NCBI GenBank assembly: GCA_965242965.1
Contig: OZ251518.1
Coordinates: forward strand, 960,001 to 1,024,000
Length of the DNA: 64,000 nucleotides
DNA from: Candidatus Poribacteria bacterium
GTDB lineage: Bacteria; Poribacteria; WGA-4E; WGA-3G
Direction of reading: 5' to 3'
Of this stretch, positions 17,629-28,409 are shown piece after piece. A program made the position numbers and the translations under genes. The stretch's first letter is position 1; every line of letters starts with the position of its first letter. The notes below the pieces were generated by a model. The model had not been told where the DNA came from. It saw only the letters and a list, made by a program, of their open reading frames with translations, and did not search any database.

Positions 17629-19107
17629 TTACCTCCTGTCAGCTGCCTCAAGCCGGTCTTGGAGGTGAACAGACCTGTCATAGAGTTCATCAGCCACCTT
17701 TTCGTAATCCGCCGGTTCTACGCCATAACTACGCTCAAACGGAATAGGTTTCACCACTCCATCTTTTTGAAACCACCACACTCCGACTTCTTCCGGTGAC
17801 AGCCAACACGTCTGGATGTTCCCATCTTCTCGTATCCCGCCTTTCTCCTTCAGTTCACCCAGCCGAATTAAGTTTGCAATCTCTTTGAGTAGCCAGTCGC
17901 TATGCGTCGTAATCACCACACGCACTCCCGCGCGGACTAAGCGGGCTAAAGTTACCGCCATTTCTGACTGGGCCCCCGGATGCAAGTGCGCCTCCGGTTC
18001 CTCAATGATGAGCGTGTCCCCCGAACCGATGCCAGCGCGGAGAAGCAGCACTAACGGCGCGAGTTCAGATATCATTGACGACACCCGAGTCAAACGAATT
18101 GCCTCCTTCAGTTTCCCCGAGTTGTAGAAAAACTCCGGGTATCCGCCGCGCCCAGGCTTCATGAATATCTGTCCCGCAAGAACTTCTGACTCCAACGCAT
18201 CAGCAACGGAGGTTATCCGCTCATCCGCTTCATCAACTTCATCAAAGAGGATAAGGTTCTTGATGAAGTCTGCTAACACGCCTGAAAACGTCGGAACCTC
18301 CAAAGGAACTACGCCGAGGCGGGTAGCCAGATCAACAAGCGAACTCGCGATAAGCCGGTGACTCTGAATGAGGCCACTCCGAGCAGCCGGCAAATAGTAA
18401 CGCTGGCGTGTCGCTCCCTTCAATCCAGGGAAAATTTCCGGACAAAGGACTAAGAGTTCGTCAAGGCTGAGACTGTCCTTTCCACTCCACTCCCGTTTGG
18501 AGAGGATAACCATATTCTCGTCAAAAGCACTCGTGTTGAACGCGCCAACTGATTCGGTAACCCGATGCTTGAAATGCCAGAGTTCTTGCGTCTCTTCACT
18601 GACTTTCAGCCCGACCATCATCTCTTTTTCCTCAGTCAACTGAATCAACTCCGAAACCTCTTTGATGTCAAAACAGCGGACGAGTTCACCGTCTAACCCA
18701 TCCCCGAAAAGGACTTCTGTCTTGAAACTCTCCTCAGCGAATTTACGTGTGCTTTCTGGCAGATCTTTGAAGGTGAAAGGCCTCCCACTCGCTACCAACT
18801 TGTTGATAATCTGGTGAGTCTCTTCCGGTGACGATGCCTTAAAAGCCGGGGAACCTGCTATCTGATAACCGCTTCCTTTTTCCCGAATCAGGTTGGCAAG
18901 GCGTTTTAGCAATAAAACGCGCGGGAACCCCCCAGAAACGCCGTGCAACGCATAAATGAGCGTCGAAAAATAGGTCTTCCCAGTATCGCTTGGCCCGACA
19001 AATACCGTCAGCGGACGCAAATCCACCTTGCCCTCAGCAATCGGACCGAAATTCCTAACCGAAATCTCAACATTCGGCAGATATTTTTTTAGTTCGCGCA
19101 TGCGCAC
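17629..19107 (-). CDS. ABC/SMC-like AAA ATPase (AAA_15/AAA_21 type)
   Basis: ISVRNFGPI, Walker A GPSDTGKT, SSMISEL signature, Walker B LIIEEPEAHLHP, ITTHS. Confidence 0.88.
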   Translation of the reverse strand: MRMRELKKYLPNVEISVRNFGPIAEGKVDLRPLTVFVGPSDTGKTYFSTLIYALHGVSGGFPRVLLLKRLANLIREKGSGYQIAGSPAFKASSPEETHQIINKLVASGRPFTFKDLPESTRKFAEESFKTEVLFGDGLDGELVRCFDIKEVSELIQLTEEKEMMVGLKVSEETQELWHFKHRVTESVGAFNTSAFDENMVILSKREWSGKDSLSLDELLVLCPEIFPGLKGATRQRYYLPAARSGLIQSHRLIASSLVDLATRLGVVPLEVPTFSGVLADFIKNLILFDEVDEADERITSVADALESEVLAGQIFMKPGRGGYPEFFYNSGKLKEAIRLTRVSSMISELAPLVLLLRAGIGSGDTLIIEEPEAHLHPGAQSEMAVTLARLVRAGVRVVITTHSDWLLKEIANLIRLGELKEKGGIREDGNIQTCWLSPEEVGVWWFQKDGVVKPIPFERSYGVEPADYEKVADELYDRSVHLQDRLEAADRR

Positions 19108-19118
19108 TTCTCCTCAAC

Positions 19119-20180
19119 CTATTTCGCTGGATGCACTTTCAAAATCGCATCCACCAACTTCTCCGGACCAAATCGCACTACATCTGTCGCAGGCAATCCC
19201 GTTTCCGCCTCCGCCGCAGCGATAGCCGCAAGTGCATCTGTCTCCGATAAATCAAAGCAATTCAACGCTAGCCCGATTACCTTCGCCGGTTTAATCGGCG
19301 AAGCCATCATTTCATACTGCGCAATCATCGCCGGCAACGAAGGCAGCGGCACCGTATACCGCGCCACCGTGTCTCGCGAGGGTTGATGGCAAAATATCAT
19401 CGCATCCGGCATGCTGCCGTGGAGCAGACTCAACGTCACACCGGAATACCCCGGATGGACAAGTGAACCTTGTCCTTCAACGAGCAGCACGTCGTGGTTT
19501 CGCGCGCCTTCCAGCACAATCTGCTCGGCGGCACCCGCGGTGAAATCAGAGATGACTGCGTCAATCGCGATGCCCCAGCCCCATACCATGATGCCGTTTT
19601 GTCCCGTCGGGCAAAACTCGGCGTTGAGCCCGCGGGCTCGCGCAGCATTCGTTATCTCAATACCGGATAACATCTTCCCAACGCGGCAATCCGAACCGAC
19701 GGTTAGAATGACAGTGGACTTCACTTCGGCTGCCTTACAAGTTGCCACGGGCAAATGCGCAGGCGGTTTTCGCGCATCCCACAAGACGACATTGTGCTGC
19801 GCGGCAAACTCGGCGAGTTCCACATCTTCGCTCAGGAAGTGATGGAGCCCACTCATGACATGCAATCGGGCAGTAATGGCCTCGCGAAGAATCGCGCGCC
19901 ACGCCCGCGGCAATTCACCGCCCGGCGGCGCAATCCCGATGGCGAGCATCGTGGGTTCAAAACGCATCGCCTCGCCCAGGTCGCGGACTATCGGGATGCC
20001 CTCCCCAATCTCGATAATCTCACTCACATCTCGGCCTGCCTTCGTGCTATCAATTACGGCGACGACGTTGTCAGGAAGATACCGCACCAGCACGGTGGCT
20101 GTCTTTGATTCAAGGATGCCAAATGAACCTTCCGCGAGAATAACTATTCTGTGTGATTTCGGGTGTAATTGACTCATCAT
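19119..20180 (-). CDS. DUF1611 family protein (DgcN-like, P-loop)
   Basis: IGIAPPGGELP, SGLH, VGSDCRVGKM, TGQNG, VEGQGSLVHPGYSGVTLSLLHGS. Confidence 0.88.
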   Translation of the reverse strand: MMSQLHPKSHRIVILAEGSFGILESKTATVLVRYLPDNVVAVIDSTKAGRDVSEIIEIGEGIPIVRDLGEAMRFEPTMLAIGIAPPGGELPRAWRAILREAITARLHVMSGLHHFLSEDVELAEFAAQHNVVLWDARKPPAHLPVATCKAAEVKSTVILTVGSDCRVGKMLSGIEITNAARARGLNAEFCPTGQNGIMVWGWGIAIDAVISDFTAGAAEQIVLEGARNHDVLLVEGQGSLVHPGYSGVTLSLLHGSMPDAMIFCHQPSRDTVARYTVPLPSLPAMIAQYEMMASPIKPAKVIGLALNCFDLSETDALAAIAAAEAETGLPATDVVRFGPEKLVDAILKVHPAK

Positions 20181-20224
20181 TTCCGAACATTTTAACACAA
20201 ATCAGGGTAAATTGCAACTAAATT

Positions 20225-20964
20225 GAGGGGTTTCCTAAATCGCTTAACGTCGCGGTAACAGGCCCCCGCGCTGCGATGAAAAAAAACGCCAATCCTTCAC
20301 GTAGGGCGAGGGCCCTCGCATGCCACACGCGCATGCGAGCGGGTTTCCCTCGCCCTGCAGCGATCGCGGGGGACAGGCCCCCGCGCTACGGGAAAAAACG
20401 GCGTGCGTTACCGTAGGGCGAGGGCCTGTCCCTCGCCAATGCTCGCACTACGAAAAAAAACGTCTCTTGTTCTCTTCAGGTCTGTAGGACCTGAATGTCT
20501 ATAGCATGCCCGAACGCGGAGAACCCTAAGGTCCTTTAGGTCCTTAATAGTTTTTGCCAGGGCCGCATGTTTTCTTATTAAGGACCTAAAGGACCTTGAA
20601 AACGGGCCGATACGTTTTTCTATAGACATTAAGGACCTAAAGGACCTAAAACGCCACCGCTTGACGATGGAGATCGCGGGGGACAGGTCTGCTCTCTCCC
20701 TTGCGCTACGGTAAAAAACAGTCCCCTTCACCGTAGGGCATGGGCCCTCGCAGGTTTCCACACGTGCATGCGAGCGGGTTTCCCTCGCCATGCGTTTGGC
20801 CAGCAGACATCCTCACCCCTGTAAGTCAAGATCGCCAGATCTTGACCCGTTCGGGAGCGGGCGCTCCCGAACTACAGAGGTGGGTCCGATGCCTTCCAGT
20901 AGGAGAGACATCAAGACCAGGAAGTCTATCCTATCGGGAAGGCATTGATATATGAAACACCCTC
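20225..20964. mobile_element. MITE copy D, expanded by extra REP modules
   Basis: GAGGGGTTTCCTAA...TATGAAACACCCTC; exact 8-bp TSD ACTAAATT; lies between divergent promoters. Confidence 0.8.
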
Positions 20965-21013
20965 ACTAAATTGCAACTTGACACAAAAACAGAAATATGA
21001 TAGCATTCAAACT

Positions 21014-21694
21014 ATGCGAATTGTTTATGAAAAAAACCTCAATGACAAGTTGTTCGCACTCTATGAGCAACTCCGCTTGCAACACGGCGCGATGCAGTGG
21101 TGGCCCACAGATACGCCGTTTGAAGTTGCACTCGGCGGCATCTTAACGCAAGCCACCTCGTGGCGAAACGTGGAAAAGGCTTTTGAGAATCTTAAAGCCG
21201 CTGGTGCTTGGACACCCGCACAACTCCGCGCTACTCCCCAAAGTGAATTAGAGGAACTCCTCCGCCCCTCTCGGTATTATCGCGCTAAAGCGAAGAAGGT
21301 GCGAGCGTTTGTCGAACACATCGCGAAACGCCCCATGCACGTGATGTTTGAACAATCAGTCCCCGAATTGCGCGAGGAACTGCTCTCCATCTACGGCATC
21401 GGACCGGAAACTGCGGATACCATCATCCTCTATGCCGCTGAAAAACCGAGTTTTGTCGTCGATACTTATACTTACAGGCTCTTCTCGCGGTTGGGATGGC
21501 TCAAGGGAAACTATCACTACGCGAAACTCCGCAGCCTCTTCATGGAGAACCTGCCACACGATGTCCGGCTGTTCAACGAATATCACGCGCTTATCGTTCG
21601 GCACGGCGCGAGAATCTGCCGAAAAACACCGAAATGCGAAGAATGCAGTTTGCGACACGCATGCGCCTACTTTTCGGATAAAACCAGCACCTGA
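21014..21694 (+). CDS. HhH-GPD base-excision glycosylase (endonuclease III-related) with [4Fe-4S] motif
   Basis: WWP...FEVALGGILTQATSWRNV, GIGPETAD, VVDTY, CRKTPKCEECSLRHAC. Confidence 0.9.
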   Translation: MRIVYEKNLNDKLFALYEQLRLQHGAMQWWPTDTPFEVALGGILTQATSWRNVEKAFENLKAAGAWTPAQLRATPQSELEELLRPSRYYRAKAKKVRAFVEHIAKRPMHVMFEQSVPELREELLSIYGIGPETADTIILYAAEKPSFVVDTYTYRLFSRLGWLKGNYHYAKLRSLFMENLPHDVRLFNEYHALIVRHGARICRKTPKCEECSLRHACAYFSDKTST

Positions 21695-23322
21695 TTCGTC
21701 TTCACACTTTGCAAGGTGTCAATTCTGCCACACGGCCATCTGATTGTCACCGAATCAATTTTTTCTGTCTCGCTCTCTGCATCGCCTAGGCCAAAATGTA
21801 AATGCATCTCATTTTGGCTGAGGTATCCAGAACCACTTTTCACCTCGCGAATCTGTGTTAAGTCGCCGGTGACAACAGTCACACGCGCGCCAATGGCATC
21901 GCGATTGCAGTGCGTGCCTATCAACTGAAGACGCAACCATCGCCGCGCGTTCCCACCATCATTTCGTAGCACCGTCGGCGCAGCGTTCATATTTGAGACG
22001 ATGATGTCCACATCGCCATCGTTATCCACATCACCAAAGGCGGCACCGCGGCTGCTATAGACACGCGGTTCCGTTAAAGCGAACTCGCCGAATCTGTTCC
22101 CCTTTTTGTTCCAAAAAAGTTGATTCGGTTGTGTATACGTGCCTACCGGATCGATCTTCGCAATATTTTCGTCAAGGTGCCCGTTAGCGACGAACAAATC
22201 CAGCCAGCCATCGTTGTCAAAATCGACAAAATCGACACCCCATGCCAGATAAGGCAGGCTCTTCTCGCCAACGCCTTTCACGAAACTAACCTCGGTGAAA
22301 AATCCGTCCTGCGCGTTATGATAGAGACTATTTGTCTGCTCCTGAAAATTGGTGATAACAATGTCAAGATACCCATCGTTATCAAAATCGCCGAGGTTTG
22401 CGCCCATGCCGCTGTAGGCGCGTCCGTCTTCGCCTAGCGCAACCCCGGCGAAGAGCGCGTCTTCAATGAACGTGCCATCGCCGTTGTTCAGGTAGAGAAA
22501 ATTCGGCGTGGTATCGTTCGCGACGAAAATATCGACATCGCCGTTGTTATCTATATCGCCACAAACAACGCCTAACCCTTTTCCGGGGGTTTCAGCGATG
22601 CGCGCCTTCTTCGTCACATCCGTAAACGTGCCATCGCCGTTGTTTCGGTAAAGGATATCCGCTTCGGCAGGGAGTGCCTCCGGTGTGCAGTAAGTGCGAA
22701 TCCCCTGCCGGGAGCATCGCCGATTCGCCTCGGTGCTAAATTGCACGTAGTTGACGACATAAAGATCCAACCATCCATCGGCATCGTAATCGACGAAGGC
22801 ACATCCGGTACTGAGCGACGCGCCGCCGACACCGGCTCGCGCTGTTACATTCGTGAACGTGCCATCGCCATTATTTTCATAAAGCACATTTGTGCCATCG
22901 TTTGTGACGTAGAGGTCGCGGAGGCCATCGTTATTGTAATCGCCAACGCAACAGCCAAACCCGTACCCAGTATCACCGACAGATGCCTCGGCCGTCACAT
23001 CGGTAAATGCCACATCGGTAAAGGTGCCATCGTTGCGATACAGGACGTTTGTCGGCGGCGTTGAGAACGGTGGGCTTCCCGGTAGCGCGCCGCCGTTGAC
23101 AAAATAGATGTCCAGATCTGCATCGTTATCAAAATCGAAGAGCGCGATGCCGCTTCCGAGGGGTTCAATGAAATACTTCTGTCCACTTGCACCGTTGATG
23201 TGGCGAAATTGGAGGTTATGGAATTCAGTTGTCACATCCCTCAACATCTGGGCATCTGCGCGGGACGCGGAGAGTAGCAAGAGAAAGAAAATCGCAATCC
23301 GCGTCATTTTTTTGTATCGCAT
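21667..23322 (-). CDS. CRTAC1-like FG-GAP repeat protein with ASPIC/UnbV C-terminal domain
   Basis: Signal peptide, multiple DxDNDGxLD repeats, DAIGARVTV...GSGYLSQNEMHLHFGLG. Confidence 0.9.
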   Translation of the reverse strand: MRYKKMTRIAIFFLLLLSASRADAQMLRDVTTEFHNLQFRHINGASGQKYFIEPLGSGIALFDFDNDADLDIYFVNGGALPGSPPFSTPPTNVLYRNDGTFTDVAFTDVTAEASVGDTGYGFGCCVGDYNNDGLRDLYVTNDGTNVLYENNGDGTFTNVTARAGVGGASLSTGCAFVDYDADGWLDLYVVNYVQFSTEANRRCSRQGIRTYCTPEALPAEADILYRNNGDGTFTDVTKKARIAETPGKGLGVVCGDIDNNGDVDIFVANDTTPNFLYLNNGDGTFIEDALFAGVALGEDGRAYSGMGANLGDFDNDGYLDIVITNFQEQTNSLYHNAQDGFFTEVSFVKGVGEKSLPYLAWGVDFVDFDNDGWLDLFVANGHLDENIAKIDPVGTYTQPNQLFWNKKGNRFGEFALTEPRVYSSRGAAFGDVDNDGDVDIIVSNMNAAPTVLRNDGGNARRWLRLQLIGTHCNRDAIGARVTVVTGDLTQIREVKSGSGYLSQNEMHLHFGLGDAESETEKIDSVTIRWPCGRIDTLQSVKTNQVLVLSEK

Positions 23323-23381
23323 AACTCGGAGGTGTGCTATAATGGTGAAAATTTGTCTATTTATCTATAGGAGATTTTTTC

Positions 23382-24350
23382 ATGGCGAATACACTACGTT
23401 TTGGCGTTGTCGGACTCGGCATGGGTATGAACCGGTCCGGCATGATTCACCAGACTGCCGGTGCCGAACTCGTCGCTGTCGCTGATCTGGTTGAGGAACG
23501 CCGTAAAGCCGCCGAGGAACGTTTCGGCTGCGAAAGCCACGGCGATGCACTCGAAATGTTCGACCGGGACGACATTGACGTTGCGATGATTATGACACCG
23601 AGCGGCCTCCACGGCAAGTTCGGAGAGGAAGCGGCGCGGCGCGGCAAGCACGTCATCACTACCAAACCGATGGATGTCAGCGTTGAAAACTGCGACGCGC
23701 TCATCCAAACTTGCAAGGACAACGAAGTTAAACTGCTCGTTGACTTCGGGGAACGCTACGGCAGCCACAACCGGCGTATCCAAACCGCGCTGCAACAGGG
23801 TGCCCTCGGCAGACCTTTGCTATGCGAACTCCGCATGAAATGGAAACGGCCCGACAGCTACTACGTCGGCTGGCACGGCACATGGGAATTGGACGGCGGC
23901 GGCTCCATTATGAACCAAGGCGTGCATTACGTCGATCTGATGCTCTGGTTTATGGGCCCCGTTAAGCGTGTTATCGGCGCGCACTTTGATGTCTATGACC
24001 ACGAGAATTGCGAAACCGAGGATATGACCTCGGCGATTCTGGAGTTTGAAAGCGGCGCACTCGGACACGTCCTCACAACGACAACGTTCCCCGGCAGCAG
24101 CGTCTCCATGATTCACGTCCACGGCGAGAAAGGCATCATCGGGCTCGGCCCGGAGCTCTGGCAGTTCGTCGATGACGATGAGCCGAACATTGAACTGCCG
24201 CCTTATCCGAATAACGTAATTGAGGATGCGTTGCGCGTCATCAACGACGGTGCATCCCCGGCGGTAGATGGCGAGGAAGGCAAACGTTCCGTCGCGCTGA
24301 ACATGGCGATTTATGAATGTGCTAGAACCGGCAAAGCGGTTACGTTATAG
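23382..24350 (+). CDS. Gfo/Idh/MocA family oxidoreductase
   Basis: FGVVGLGMG, TPSGLH, HVITTKPM, GGGSIMNQGVHYVD. Confidence 0.9.
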   Translation: MANTLRFGVVGLGMGMNRSGMIHQTAGAELVAVADLVEERRKAAEERFGCESHGDALEMFDRDDIDVAMIMTPSGLHGKFGEEAARRGKHVITTKPMDVSVENCDALIQTCKDNEVKLLVDFGERYGSHNRRIQTALQQGALGRPLLCELRMKWKRPDSYYVGWHGTWELDGGGSIMNQGVHYVDLMLWFMGPVKRVIGAHFDVYDHENCETEDMTSAILEFESGALGHVLTTTTFPGSSVSMIHVHGEKGIIGLGPELWQFVDDDEPNIELPPYPNNVIEDALRVINDGASPAVDGEEGKRSVALNMAIYECARTGKAVTL

Positions 24351-24398
24351 TTGGCAGTTTGGTAGGCGCGCTTAGAAAGCGCGCCTAGCATATCGCGC

Positions 24399-27086
24399 CT
24401 ACGCCTCCTCTGCCCGCGCCTTCAGATCATAGAGGAGGTTCACTGCATCCAGTGGTGTCACCTGCGAGAGTTCCAGCCTGCGGAGCTCCTCAACGAGTGG
24501 GTGCGTTTTCGGCGTAAAGAGTGCCATCTGCAGCGCATCGCTCTGCATCGTTTTGCGAGAGATGCGCCGTCGCGGCCGCGGCATTTTCGGGTGCGCCGGT
24601 GCAGGCTGGCCGGTCGCGCTGTCCGCCTCAACGCTGATGTTGTGCTGTTCCAACACCTCCAGAATTTGCCGCGCGCGCGTAATCACGGCGTGCGGCAATC
24701 CCGCCAGCCGTGCGACGTGGATGCCGTAACTCTGGTCTGCCCCACCTGGCACTACTTTCCGGAGAAACGTCACCTTCTCTCCATCTTCATGAACAGCGAC
24801 GTTGTAATTCTTCGCGCGCTTATATTTGCTGGCGAGTTCCACCAATTCGTGGTAGTGTGTGGCGAAGAGCGTCTTCGCGCCCATCCGCTTGTTGTCGAGT
24901 AGATACTCCGAGACTGCCCATGCGATGCTGAGTCCATCAAACGTGCTGGTGCCGCGCCCGACTTCATCCAAGATGACGAGGCTCTTGCGGCTGGCGTTGT
25001 TGAGGATATTCGCCGTTTCGTTCATCTCCACGAGGAACGTGCTTTGTCCCATCACGAGGTTATCCGAGGCACCGACGCGTGTGAAAATCCGGTCGACTAA
25101 CCCGATTTTCGCGGCGGATGCCGGTACGAAACTCCCCACCTGCGCCATCAATACGATGAGTGCCGTTTGCCGCAAATAGGTGCTTTTCCCGCTCATATTC
25201 GGTCCCGTGATGATATGCAACTGTTCGTCATCGCAGTTCAACCGTGTGTCATTTGGCACGAACCCCTCCTGTGTGAACAACTGTTCCACCACCGGGTGTC
25301 GTCCATCGCGGATAATCACTTCGTCGCTGTCCTCTACTGTCGGTTTGGCGTAGTTGTATCGGGAGGCGACGTAAGCGAAGTTTGCGATAACGTCAACCAT
25401 CGCGATGACGCTAGAGATAGTCTGAATCTCCAGCGTCCATTTCGCTACCTCCTCCCGAATCTGACAGAAAAGTTCGTATTCCAGCGTCTGAATCCGGTCT
25501 TCGGCGTTCAGCACCATCGCTTCCTTCTCTTTCAGTTCCGGTGTAATGAACCGTTCGGAGTTACGCAAGGTCTGCTTGCGGATGTAGTAGTCAGGCACCA
25601 TGTGCAGGTTCGGTGTCGTCACATCGATGTAATAACCGAAGACCTGGTTGTATCCGATTTTCAGGGAGGTGATGCCGCTGCTTTTCCGCTCGGCTGCTTG
25701 GAGTGCGTCCATCCACGCCTTCCCTTGCCCGACAATCTGCCGGAGTTCATCAAGCTCCTCGCTATACCCATCGCGAATGATGCCGCCTTCGCGAAGCGTT
25801 ACCGGGGGTTTCGGGTGGATGCCGCGCTCAATCAACGCCACCAACTCCGTCATCGGATTGAGTGCGGCGTTTTGCTCAACTAGCAACGGCGACTCGCAAT
25901 TTTCCAGCTGCGTCTTAACGGCAGGGATCAGAAGTAGCGAATCCTTGAGTGCGTGCAGGTCGCGGCCGTTCACGGATCCGAGGCTGATGCGGGAGATGAG
26001 TCTCTCCATATCGTACATCTGTCCGAGTGCATCGCGGAGTTCTTCCTGCAGGTTAATCTGCGTTTTGAGTTCCTCAACTGCCTCAAGACGCTCCGCAATC
26101 TCTGTCGTTGAAAGCAGGGGTTGCAGGATACACTGCCGTATCTTCCTGCCGCCCATGGAGGTAACCGTCTGGTCCAACACTTCCAGCAGGGTGCCCTTTG
26201 AAGTGCCGTCGCGGATAGACGCGGTTAGTTCCAGATTGCGCTGGGTATCCGCGTCCAACACCATGAAATCGGAGAGCGTGTAGGGTTGGAGGGACAGAAT
26301 GTGTTCTACCTCCTGCTTTTGGGTTTCGTGGAGGTAATAGATGAGCGCGCCGGCGGCACAGATGGCAGTGGGTAGATGCTCACATCCAAATCCATCGAGG
26401 GAAATCGTTCGGAAGTGTTGCAGGAGTTCGGTGCGCGCGGTGTCAAATTCAAACCGCCACTCTGGTAGAAAGTTGAGCGTCGCTTTGACTTCGGTTTTGA
26501 TCCGTTCCAACATCTCCTCATCGTTGAACGTTTCCGAGAAGAGGAATTCCTTCGGCGCGAACCGATGGATTTCCGCCCAAAGTTTCGAGAGCTCTGTCAC
26601 TTCTGTAACCAGAAATTCACCGGTGGAAAGATCCGCGGCGGCGAATCCGTAGGTGCCTTTCTGCAAATAAAGGGAGATGAGGTAGTTGTTCACCTTATGC
26701 TCCAGCACCTTCGGATCGGTGACGGTGCCGGGTGTGACGATGCGGACGACCTCGCGCTTGACGAGGCGGTTCTCATCGCGTGCCTGCTTCGGGTCCTCTG
26801 TCTGCTCCAAAATGGCGACTTTGTGCCCGGCTTTCACCAATTTATAGAGGTAAGAGTCCAGCGAATGGTGCGGGATACCCGCCATCGGCGGCGAGGGAGT
26901 CTTCTGGTTCTTGTGGCTGCGGGCTGTCAGGGTGATTTCCAGCAGGCGCGCGATTAACTCCGCGTCCTCATAGAAAGCCTCGTAGAAATCACCCACCCGG
27001 CAAAGCAAGATGGCATCCTCGTGCTGTTTTTTCACCTGTTTATAGATTTCAATCAACGAAGGTTCGGACACTCTTATTCGGGGCAT
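24399..27086 (-). CDS. mutS: DNA mismatch repair protein MutS
   Basis: GDFYEAF, VVRIVTPGT, ITGPNMSGKSTYLRQ, STFLVEM, DEVGRGTST, SYGIHVARLAG. Confidence 0.97.
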   Translation of the reverse strand: MPRIRVSEPSLIEIYKQVKKQHEDAILLCRVGDFYEAFYEDAELIARLLEITLTARSHKNQKTPSPPMAGIPHHSLDSYLYKLVKAGHKVAILEQTEDPKQARDENRLVKREVVRIVTPGTVTDPKVLEHKVNNYLISLYLQKGTYGFAAADLSTGEFLVTEVTELSKLWAEIHRFAPKEFLFSETFNDEEMLERIKTEVKATLNFLPEWRFEFDTARTELLQHFRTISLDGFGCEHLPTAICAAGALIYYLHETQKQEVEHILSLQPYTLSDFMVLDADTQRNLELTASIRDGTSKGTLLEVLDQTVTSMGGRKIRQCILQPLLSTTEIAERLEAVEELKTQINLQEELRDALGQMYDMERLISRISLGSVNGRDLHALKDSLLLIPAVKTQLENCESPLLVEQNAALNPMTELVALIERGIHPKPPVTLREGGIIRDGYSEELDELRQIVGQGKAWMDALQAAERKSSGITSLKIGYNQVFGYYIDVTTPNLHMVPDYYIRKQTLRNSERFITPELKEKEAMVLNAEDRIQTLEYELFCQIREEVAKWTLEIQTISSVIAMVDVIANFAYVASRYNYAKPTVEDSDEVIIRDGRHPVVEQLFTQEGFVPNDTRLNCDDEQLHIITGPNMSGKSTYLRQTALIVLMAQVGSFVPASAAKIGLVDRIFTRVGASDNLVMGQSTFLVEMNETANILNNASRKSLVILDEVGRGTSTFDGLSIAWAVSEYLLDNKRMGAKTLFATHYHELVELASKYKRAKNYNVAVHEDGEKVTFLRKVVPGGADQSYGIHVARLAGLPHAVITRARQILEVLEQHNISVEADSATGQPAPAHPKMPRPRRRISRKTMQSDALQMALFTPKTHPLVEELRRLELSQVTPLDAVNLLYDLKARAEEA

Positions 27087-27217
27087 AGTGTTCTCCTTAT
27101 GTCAATCCGGTCGGTTCTTTGACGCAATTTTTGCAAGTTTGCAAATTGCGGGCTATATGCTTTATATATACGTTACCATAGTTTGCATTCTGATGTCAAG
27201 TCTTTTTATTGGTAAAT

Positions 27218-27565
27218 GAGGGTGTGTCATAAATCGCGCAACATCGCGGGGCAAACCCGCTCGGATGCGCGTGTGGCATCCGAGCGGGCCCCGCGCTACG
27301 AGGAAAAAACGCCTCGCCTTTACGTAGGGCGAGGGCCTGTCCCTCGCCAGGCTCTGGGGCACGCGAGCGATCGCGGGGGACAGGCCCCCGCGCTACGGGC
27401 CAGGGAGGGGTTCTCCTCGCCATGCGCCGTTTGTGATCAGGCGATCACAAACTACAGAGGTGGGCCCGAGGCCTTCCGGTAGGCGGGACATCCTTGTCCC
27501 GACACGAACCACATCAAGACCAGGAGGTCTCTCCTACCGAACACATCGAAATATGAAACACCCTC
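27218..27565. mobile_element. MITE copy E
   Basis: GAGGGTGTGTCATAA...TATGAAACACCCTC with REP cargo; no clear TSD. Confidence 0.75.
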
Positions 27566-27586
27566 ATTTATACGCAAACAGTTCTG

Positions 27587-27630
27587 CAAAAAAAAGAGGC
27601 GATCGCACCGCAGAAGATGCAATCGCCTCT
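27587..27630 (-). terminator. Intrinsic terminator downstream of the sigma-like gene
   Basis: AGAGGCGAT...ATCGCCTCT stem followed by a T-run on the minus strand. Confidence 0.65.
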
Positions 27631-27749
27631 ATCCAGGAAATGTAGTCCTTTTCAAAACGGTATCAACCTCCAAAAAAACGTTAGGCCAGAATGGCCCGAT
27701 ACTGTAAGACAAGCGCATCCGATTTTGCGCGCTCGACCTCGAAAAAACG

Positions 27750-28409
27750 TTAGTCCAAAATGCCGCATTCTCGGCAGGCGGCTTTCAACTTCACGATTGC
27801 CTGGTTCTTCAACTGGCTGGTGCGTCCAGGCGTTATCCCCATTTCCGACGCGATGTCAATGTTCGGCACGCCTTTCCGATTCTGCAGGAAAACGTGACGT
27901 TCACCACGCGTCAACTTTTTCAGGAGCTCCCGTTGGAGTGCCTTGAAATCCGCAGCGAACACCTTATAGTCACTCTGATCCAGCGGGTTCTCGCTCGGGA
28001 CTGACACGTTCCACAGCCGTCCGATATCCGCGTTGACATCGGCATGTCGGGATTGATTCGGATCCCATTGTTCGTAAGGGTCACCCGACTCCATCTCGCT
28101 GTAGTTGCACTCCTTCTTTTTCGCTGACGTTAACGCGCCACAGATATGCGGCCGAATGAAGGTACCGAAGTTGGCACCACTTTCGTGCTGCGGATCATAC
28201 GACGGCCCCTTTTCCATAAGCACCAACATTGCTTCTGACATCAGATAGTCTGCCAGATCTCGACGCGCGGGACTCGCACATGCCATGCAGTTCGCGCAGT
28301 GCCGCAGATCCGCCATAAGCGGCGTGACTATTTCATCTGTCGGAATAAAATTCCCCACGTGCTTGTAAGCCGGGCATTTGATGCCCTGCAAGTAACATCT
28401 CAACGACAT
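27750..28409 (-). CDS. Sigma70-family-like protein (regions 2 and 4) with Cys-rich N-terminus
   Basis: YDPQHESGANFGTFIRPHICGAL (region 2-like), LTRGERHVF...DIASEMGITPGRTSQLKNQAIVKL (region 4 HTH); SD GGAGG before ATG 28409. Confidence 0.75.
   Translation of the reverse strand: MSLRCYLQGIKCPAYKHVGNFIPTDEIVTPLMADLRHCANCMACASPARRDLADYLMSEAMLVLMEKGPSYDPQHESGANFGTFIRPHICGALTSAKKKECNYSEMESGDPYEQWDPNQSRHADVNADIGRLWNVSVPSENPLDQSDYKVFAADFKALQRELLKKLTRGERHVFLQNRKGVPNIDIASEMGITPGRTSQLKNQAIVKLKAACRECGILD

Noticed and set aside
25167-26283. Long antisense ORFs within mutS (similarly within dppA, acs and the coiled-coil genes)
   Set aside because: Expected antisense open frames in GC-rich coding DNA; no protein motifs
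27750-28409. RNA-guided sigma/dCas12f-type system linking the sigma factor to a TnpB
   Set aside because: Both TnpBs are more than 14 kb away, lie within IS ends and retain putative catalytic residues
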